Of a stretch of 64,000 bases of DNA, positions 56,765 to 64,000 are shown piece after piece. The notes below the pieces were generated by a model. That model made no database searches. It saw only the letters and a list, made by a program, of their open reading frames with translations, and had not been told where the DNA came from. The stretch is taken from contig OY762069.1 of assembly GCA_963665095.1 (NCBI GenBank), forward strand, positions 544,001-608,000. Direction: 5' to 3'. The translations under genes were made by a program, and so were the position numbers. Position 1 is the stretch's first letter, and each line of letters starts with the position of its first letter. The stretch is from an uncultured Desulfobacter sp. (GTDB taxonomy: Bacteria; Desulfobacterota; Desulfobacteria; Desulfobacterales; Desulfobacteraceae).

Positions 56765-59266
56765 ATGTTACAGACAGCAGAGCACAAATATTCAATAAAA
56801 CCCTCCCCAAAGGTGGAAAAACTTCGGGCCACATACATCGAAGCGGCCAAGCGTGAGGAGCCCTCCTACAACATCTGCTCTGACCGGGCCATTACGCGGG
56901 TGATGAAAGAGACAGAAGGTGAACCCATGGCCCTGAGACGGGGTAAAGCCTTTGCCGCTGTCCTCAAAGAGGTGCCGGTGGACATTTTCCCTGATGAACC
57001 GTTTGTGGGCTGGGTGGGCGGTGATCCGCTCTCCGCACAGATCAGCGCTGAACAGCGGGGGGCAAGAATGGAAACCGAACTGGATTATTTCAAACTCAGT
57101 AATGAAGAAGACAGACAAATTATCCGGGATGAAATCATCCCTTACTGGAAGGGCGACGGGAACTGGAAACGCCACTGGTTTGCCCGGGCCTATCAGATGC
57201 TGCCGGAGGAGACGCGGTATCTGCTGTATGGCGACCCTGACCCTGAATTGGCAAAAATCGGGATCCTGACAAATTCCAATGCACCGGCCCAGCCCCAGAT
57301 CAAGGTGCCTGCCCAGCCCAAACGGCTTGGCATGGGGATTATCATAGAGATCATGAGCCGTCATCATATCGGTCACAGCAGTTTCGGCTATGAGAAAGTG
57401 TTGAAAAAGGGGTTCCTGGGTATCCGGCAGGATGCGGAAGAACGCCTGGCGCGCATTGATGAAAACGACCCCGGGGAGATGAAGAAAAAGCCCTTCCTTA
57501 AGGGTGTCATTCTTGCCATGGACGCGGCAGCCGGCATTGGCAAACGGTTTGCAGAAAAAGCCCGCAAGATGGCTGAAGCGCAGAAGGACCCGGTAAGAAA
57601 ACAGGAACTGCTGGTGATTGCCGATACCTGCGAACAGGTCCCGGCAAACCCTGCCACAACTTTCCGGGAGGCCCTGCAGTCGGTCTGGTTCACCCAGATC
57701 ATGAACTGGTGGGAGACCCCTCTTGTTCTGGCCGTATCACCGGGGAAGGTGGACCAGTATCTTTATCCCTATTTTAAAGCGGATATGGCAGCCGGCCGCC
57801 TGTCAAAAGAGGAGGCCCAGGAACTCATCGACTGCTGGCTGATGCGGTTTGCGCAAGGGGTGGCCCCCTATGTGCCGCAATCCGGTGCCGCCTTTCACCT
57901 GGATGTGGGGGGATTGAAAGCGGACGGGAGCGATGCCACCAATGAACTCTCCTTCATGTTCATCGAAGGGATGATGCATACCCGGATGATTGAACCGAAC
58001 ATGGGGGTTTTAGTTCACAGCAAGACACCGGACGATTTTCTGATCAAGGCATGTGAGCTCTGTTCCCTGGGGCTGGGACATCCCATGTTCTTAAACAATG
58101 ATGTCATGGTTGAAAATATGCTCTCCCGGGGAACATTGGGCGGGCCTCCGGTTCCCATTGAACTGGCCCGCACCAGCGGCTGCATCGGATGCAACGAGCC
58201 CCATGTCACCAATTATGATTCAGAGTTTAATATCGGGGCGGTTTTTCAGATGCCCACAGCCCTGGAGCTGGCGCTTTTCAATGGTGTAAGCCGGACCTTT
58301 AAAACAAAAATGGGGCTTGAAACCGGTGATGCCAGCCAGTTTGAGACCTTTGAAGCGCTTAAGGCCGCCTTTGAAAAACAGTTAAAGTTTATCATCACCC
58401 AGTGCGGCATTGCCATCAGGACCTTTGAAACCGCTATGGCAGAGGTGTATCCCACGGTATACCAGTCCGCCTTGATCGAAGACTGCATTGAAAATGGCAT
58501 CGCCCGTGAAGCGGGCGGGGCCCGGTTTAACTTTGGTCCGGCTGTCGCCACCCTGGGTGCTACGGATGTGGGCAACTCTCTGGCCGCCGTTAAAAAACTG
58601 GTATTTGATGAAAAGCAGATGAGCATGGGCCAGTTGCTGGAAATGCTGGACAGTAACTTCAAGGACCAGGATGTCATGCGCCAGCGGCTGCTGAATGCAC
58701 CGAAATTCGGTAATGATGATGACTATGTGGATCAGGAAGTGGCATGGGTTATGGATACATTTAACAAAGAGGTCATCAAACATAAAAATACAAGGGGCGG
58801 ATATCTGCTGCCCTATCAGAATCCTTTGTCCGGATATGTGGGAATGGGCCGCCTCATGGGGGCACTTCCTTCAGGCCGGAAAGCCGGAGAACCCCTTTCC
58901 GACGGGATATCACCCACCTGTGGCTCAGATGTCAATGGCCCTACTGCGGTGCTGAACTCAGCCGGCAAACTGGATAATGCCTCCATTTTCTTAGGCCAGA
59001 CACTGAATATGCGCCTGGACGGCGAGATGTTTGGCTCGGATGAGGGGGTTTACCGGATGGCAGCACTTTTGCGGACATTTGTAGATCTTAAGATCCATCA
59101 CATCCAGTTTAACCTGGTCTCCTCTGATACACTAAGGGCTGCCCAGGAAAATCCTGCGGAGTACCAGGACCTGATGGTGAGGGTTGCAGGCTATGTGGCC
59201 TATTTTGTCAACCTGAGCAGGGGGCTGCAGGATAGTATTATCCAGCGTACTGAACACCGCATTTAA
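56765..59266 (+). CDS. Glycyl radical enzyme of unassigned class (PFL2/eliminase-like)
   Basis: RVAGY (Gly809), GCIGCNEP (Cys476), EQVPANPA, PKFGNDD, GRKAGEPLSDGISP, HIQFN. Confidence 0.95.
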   Translation: MLQTAEHKYSIKPSPKVEKLRATYIEAAKREEPSYNICSDRAITRVMKETEGEPMALRRGKAFAAVLKEVPVDIFPDEPFVGWVGGDPLSAQISAEQRGARMETELDYFKLSNEEDRQIIRDEIIPYWKGDGNWKRHWFARAYQMLPEETRYLLYGDPDPELAKIGILTNSNAPAQPQIKVPAQPKRLGMGIIIEIMSRHHIGHSSFGYEKVLKKGFLGIRQDAEERLARIDENDPGEMKKKPFLKGVILAMDAAAGIGKRFAEKARKMAEAQKDPVRKQELLVIADTCEQVPANPATTFREALQSVWFTQIMNWWETPLVLAVSPGKVDQYLYPYFKADMAAGRLSKEEAQELIDCWLMRFAQGVAPYVPQSGAAFHLDVGGLKADGSDATNELSFMFIEGMMHTRMIEPNMGVLVHSKTPDDFLIKACELCSLGLGHPMFLNNDVMVENMLSRGTLGGPPVPIELARTSGCIGCNEPHVTNYDSEFNIGAVFQMPTALELALFNGVSRTFKTKMGLETGDASQFETFEALKAAFEKQLKFIITQCGIAIRTFETAMAEVYPTVYQSALIEDCIENGIAREAGGARFNFGPAVATLGATDVGNSLAAVKKLVFDEKQMSMGQLLEMLDSNFKDQDVMRQRLLNAPKFGNDDDYVDQEVAWVMDTFNKEVIKHKNTRGGYLLPYQNPLSGYVGMGRLMGALPSGRKAGEPLSDGISPTCGSDVNGPTAVLNSAGKLDNASIFLGQTLNMRLDGEMFGSDEGVYRMAALLRTFVDLKIHHIQFNLVSSDTLRAAQENPAEYQDLMVRVAGYVAYFVNLSRGLQDSIIQRTEHRI

Positions 59267-59392
59267 GTGTTTGAACGGGCAGTCACCCCCTCTGCGGCGT
59301 TGCAGGGTAATTTGCAGTCCTCACAACCAAAAGGTTGCTCCGGTTGCAAATTACCCTGGGCCTTGCATCTGGGCAACTGTTCGTCCAAACAC
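59267..59392. repeat. 126-bp long-hairpin intergenic repeat (same family as 54669)
   Basis: GTGTTTGAACGGGCAGT/ACTGTTCGTCCAAACAC termini; perfect 14-bp inner stem CAGGGTAATTTGCA/TGCAAATTACCCTG. Confidence 0.85.
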
Positions 59393-59426
59393 CGCCATTG
59401 AGCCATAAACCATAATGTAAAGGAAC

Positions 59427-60332
59427 GTGACTATCAAACCGGAACAGGGGTTAGTTTATAATATTGAAAAATTTGCCGTGAATGATGGGCCCGGCATCAG
59501 GACACTGGTTTTTATGAAGGGATGCCCCTTAAGATGTCTGTGGTGCTCATCCCCCCAGACCCAGCAGCATTCCATAGAGATGTTGTATGATCCTGACCTG
59601 TGTCAGCAATGCCTGACCTGCCGGAATATCTGCGAAAATAACGCCATAGAATTTACCACAGATCATCAGTTGAATTTTAAGGTCCGGCAATGTGATATGT
59701 GCAAACGTTGTGTTGATGCCTGTCCGGAAAAAGCACTTGAAATGGCAGGCAGATATATGACGGTGGATGAACTTTTCAGCCAGGTCGTCAAGGACGCTTC
59801 TTTTTTCAGAAGGTCCCAGGGGGGGGTAACGGTGGGGGGCGGTGAGCCCACCATGCAGCATGGATTTGTGGCCGCATTTCTGAAAAAATGTAAATCCCGG
59901 TATATCCATACTGCCATTGAAACCTGCGGCCACTGCACCTGGGATAAAATGGCGGCAATTCTTGAATACACGGACATGGTATTTATGGATATCAAGCATC
60001 TTAATGATGAGCAGCATCAAAGGATAACAGGCGTCTCCAATCGTCTTATCCTGGAAAATGCACGCAAAATTGCCGAGATAAAACCATTGACCATCCGGAT
60101 TCCCATTGTCCCGGGTTGTAATGATTCAGAACAGAATATCAGGGACACGGCCCGATTCGCCGCTCAGCTGGGAGAAAAACTGCAGAAAATCGAACTGCTG
60201 CCCTACCATGAACTGGGGGTGGACACCTACAGACGGCTGGGCATGACCTATCCGCTTAAAGGCATAAAACCGCCGGACCCAGAAACCATGAACCGGCTGC
60301 AGGAGATCGCTGATTTCTGCTTTACTGAATAA
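59427..60332 (+). CDS. Glycyl-radical enzyme activating protein with ferredoxin insert
   Basis: DGPGIRT, GCPLRCLWC, CQQCLTCRNIC, CDMCKRCVDAC, GGGEP, LLPYH. Confidence 0.95.
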   Translation: MTIKPEQGLVYNIEKFAVNDGPGIRTLVFMKGCPLRCLWCSSPQTQQHSIEMLYDPDLCQQCLTCRNICENNAIEFTTDHQLNFKVRQCDMCKRCVDACPEKALEMAGRYMTVDELFSQVVKDASFFRRSQGGVTVGGGEPTMQHGFVAAFLKKCKSRYIHTAIETCGHCTWDKMAAILEYTDMVFMDIKHLNDEQHQRITGVSNRLILENARKIAEIKPLTIRIPIVPGCNDSEQNIRDTARFAAQLGEKLQKIELLPYHELGVDTYRRLGMTYPLKGIKPPDPETMNRLQEIADFCFTE

Positions 60333-60491
60333 ATGCAAAAAATCAATTCCCTTGCCTGTGCCTTCGGGGCGGCCACATTTTGTGCTGTCGCCCTGTCATA
60401 CAATAGCAGCCATGGGCTGACCTGGTGTATCAACACCCAGACTTTTGACGGATACTATGACAAGCAGATGATATCAATACAAAGGAGCTGA
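60333..60491 (+). CDS. Possible 52-aa ORF filling the activase-thiolase gap
   Basis: ATG directly after the activase TAA; ends 2 nt before the thiolase ATG; no clear RBS. Confidence 0.3.
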   Translation: MQKINSLACAFGAATFCAVALSYNSSHGLTWCINTQTFDGYYDKQMISIQRS

Positions 60492-60493
60492 AA

Positions 60494-61702
60494 ATGAGTA
60501 CAAAAGAAGTTGTATTTGTGGCGGGAGTCCGCACGGCATTTGGCCGGATGGGCGGTTCCATACGAGACGTTTATGCTACCAAACTTGCCGGGATTACCAT
60601 TGAGGGATTGCTGGACAAAACAAATATTCATGAAAAGGCCCACGTGGATTGCGTGTTCCTGGGCTCTGCCACCCATTGTTCCGTGGCCCTGAATCCGGCC
60701 CGGTTTGCAGTGCTCTCCACCCGGCTGCCCAAAACCACCTCTGCCTCCTATGTGGAGATGCAGTGCGGGTCCGCCATAGATTCCATCAACCATGCCGCCT
60801 GGAAAATCCTGGCCGGCCAGGCAGACATCATCATTGCCGGCGGTATGGAATCCTACAGCCAGATGGCTTTTAAGGTGCCTACCTCCACCCCTCCCTACCG
60901 GATGAACCCGCCCATGCCCGTTATACCGACGCTGTCACCTTTGGAAGAGGAGTGTATCGGCATGGGGCTGACCGCGGAAAATCTGGCTGAAAAATACGAA
61001 ATTCCCAGGGAAGCCTCAGACGAGTTTGCCTATAACAGCCAGATGAGAGCCAAGGCTGCCATGGAGGCCGGCTATTTTGATGAGGAGATCATTCCGGTGC
61101 CATTTGCCGCTACCCGCAAGACCCCGGCCTGGCAGTTTGACAAGGATGAACATCCCCGGCCTGAATCCACCCTTGAGGGGATGGCCAAGCTGCCGCCGGT
61201 GTTCAAAAAGGGGGGAACGGTGACGGCCGGCAACTCCTCGGGCCAGAACGACGGGGCTGCCTTTGTCCTGATGATGAGTGCGGAAAAGGCCGGTGAGCTG
61301 GGATATACCCCCATGGCCAGGTGGCTCTCCGGGGCAGATGTGGGCTGCGATCCCAGGATCATGGGGATCGGTCCGGCCGCAGCCATGCCCATGGCGGTCA
61401 GCCGGGCAGGATTGAGAATGTCGAATATGGATGTGATGGAGTGCAACGAGGCCTTTGCCGTCCAGAACCTGGCCGTGATCAAGGATATTGAACAAAATAC
61501 CGGGGAAACCATCGACATGGCCAAGTGGAATCCTTACGGCGGCGCCATTGCCTTTGGCCATCCCAACGGGGCCAGCGGCGCCAGGATCTGTATGTTCGCC
61601 ATGCGCCATATGATACGCAACGGCGGACGGTATGGCATCTTTGCCTCCTGCTGCGGCGGGGGCCTGGGCGTGGCCACGGTCATTGAGAATCTGCAAAGAT
61701 AA
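60494..61702 (+). CDS. Thiolase (acetyl-CoA C-acyltransferase)
   Basis: QCGS, VTAGNSS, NEAFA, GHPNGASG, CCGGG. Confidence 0.95.
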   Translation: MSTKEVVFVAGVRTAFGRMGGSIRDVYATKLAGITIEGLLDKTNIHEKAHVDCVFLGSATHCSVALNPARFAVLSTRLPKTTSASYVEMQCGSAIDSINHAAWKILAGQADIIIAGGMESYSQMAFKVPTSTPPYRMNPPMPVIPTLSPLEEECIGMGLTAENLAEKYEIPREASDEFAYNSQMRAKAAMEAGYFDEEIIPVPFAATRKTPAWQFDKDEHPRPESTLEGMAKLPPVFKKGGTVTAGNSSGQNDGAAFVLMMSAEKAGELGYTPMARWLSGADVGCDPRIMGIGPAAAMPMAVSRAGLRMSNMDVMECNEAFAVQNLAVIKDIEQNTGETIDMAKWNPYGGAIAFGHPNGASGARICMFAMRHMIRNGGRYGIFASCCGGGLGVATVIENLQR

Positions 61703-61824
61703 TTTTTTTATCGTTTTTTTATTGGACATGCCCGGATAATCCGGCGCTAATCTTATGGATTGCAGTGACCCGGACCCGGTCCTGATCTAACGGGGACGGT
61801 CACCGTTATTAGGAGAACAAACCC

Positions 61825-62604
61825 ATGAATTTGAACAAGATGATATTTGAAAAAAAAGATGGGCTGGGGTGGGCCCGGTTCAACCGGCCTGAAAAACTCA
61901 ATGCCCTGAACAGTGAGGTATTTGAGGATATCGGCACCATTGTCCAGGCCTGTGAGAGGGATGACGAGGTAAAAGTTCTGGTTATTACAGGGTCGGACAA
62001 GGTGTTTGCCGCCGGTGCCGACATTGACACCATGGCAAATGGCAGTATCAGGGATGCCCTTGCCCTGACAGACCAGTGCATGTTTGTCACCGAGCGCCTG
62101 GCAGACCTGGCCAAACCCACCATCGCCGCCATCTCAGGCTATGCTCTGGGCGGCGGTCTTGAGGTGGCGCTCAGCTGTGACTTCAGAATCGGGGATGACA
62201 CGGCCATGGTGGGACTGCCTGAAATCACCCTGGGAATCATTCCGGGTGGTGGGGGCACCCAGCGTCTGCCCCGACTGATCAACCCCAGCAAAGCACTGGA
62301 AATGATTATGACAGGAGAGATCGTAGACGCCCAGAAGGCCCTTGACTTGGGGATACTCAATCACAAGGCGGCAAAAGGAGAACTGGAAGCTGCCGTGACA
62401 ACCCTTGCCAAAAAACTGATGGCCAAACCGGCCATGGGGATCCGTGCCGCGAAATCCGCTGTGCGTAAAGGGTTGAACACCTCTTTGAAAGACGGCATTA
62501 TCATTGAACAGCACCTCTTCGGCATGTTGTTTGGTACCCTTGACCAGAAAGAAGGCATGGCGGCATTTCTTGAAAAACGGCGGCCTGAATTCAAGGGCTG
62601 CTGA
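61825..62604 (+). CDS. Enoyl-CoA hydratase/crotonase
   Basis: FAAGADI, ALGGGLEVA, LPEITLGIIPGGGGTQRLPR (both catalytic Glu). Confidence 0.94.
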   Translation: MNLNKMIFEKKDGLGWARFNRPEKLNALNSEVFEDIGTIVQACERDDEVKVLVITGSDKVFAAGADIDTMANGSIRDALALTDQCMFVTERLADLAKPTIAAISGYALGGGLEVALSCDFRIGDDTAMVGLPEITLGIIPGGGGTQRLPRLINPSKALEMIMTGEIVDAQKALDLGILNHKAAKGELEAAVTTLAKKLMAKPAMGIRAAKSAVRKGLNTSLKDGIIIEQHLFGMLFGTLDQKEGMAAFLEKRRPEFKGC

Positions 62605-62629
62605 AAGCGCCTGACACCTCAAAAAAAGC

Positions 62630-62660
62630 AAAACAGGGCTGTTTCCGGCCCTGTTTTATT
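62630..62660 (+). terminator. Intrinsic terminator ending the GRE/beta-oxidation operon
   Basis: AAAACAGGGC/GCCCTGTTTT stem plus T-rich tail. Confidence 0.75.
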
Positions 62661-62831
62661 CCTTTCTTCCCTTTTTTAGTTTAATGATTAGTGGTACTAT
62701 TGAATTAAGTATACCAATCTCTTAACAACAATTCTATCGCTTAAGATCCATTGCACAGGAGCGCTGCATTTTTCCCATGCGCTCCAGGATGGTCATAAAA
62801 GCTTCGATTCAGAGGAATGGCGGGAGGATAA

Positions 62832-64000
<1,169 letters not shown>

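Noticed and set aside
56765..59266. Calling the GRE pyruvate formate-lyase or a benzyl/alkylsuccinate synthase
   Set aside because: No adjacent Cys-Cys motif, no LCMSP-type loop and no recognisable small subunit genes

Overview
Bacterial chromosomal window (about 50% GC by eye). Gene content is consistent with a sulfate-reducing Desulfobacteraceae-like anaerobe (inference). From left to right it holds: an Fe/Ni/Co uptake cluster (feoA, feoB, DUF4198-like, ABC ATPase, DUF4857-like, RcnA/NicO-like); a 636-aa protein built of ~34-aa helical repeats; a compact candidate sRNA with an exposed anti-Shine-Dalgarno motif; a TAXI-TRAP transporter plus USP; a BKACE(Kce)-RpiR-class III aminotransferase cassette; azlCD-TrmB; a B12 radical SAM enzyme and a TrmJ-like methyltransferase. 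Next come a ~4 kb tract of decaying genes (USP, HEAT, ATPase+DUF4276-like, SulP), a DDE insertion sequence with an IS200 nested inside one end, DksA-like, a sigma54-controlled RR-CBS/SLC13 locus, an unannotated basic 50-aa ORF, ppk2, a K+ channel and several signalling proteins. The most interesting part is 51.7-62.7 kb: a TetR-associated operon in which an unassigned glycyl radical enzyme (GCNEP/RVAGY) and its activase sit inside a beta-oxidation set (acyl-CoA dehydrogenase, CoA ligase, thiolase, enoyl-CoA hydratase) that has no 3-hydroxyacyl-CoA dehydrogenase. Two covarying hairpin repeats punctuate this operon. No CRISPR array, rRNA or tRNA was seen. All family assignments come from motif recognition, not database searches.
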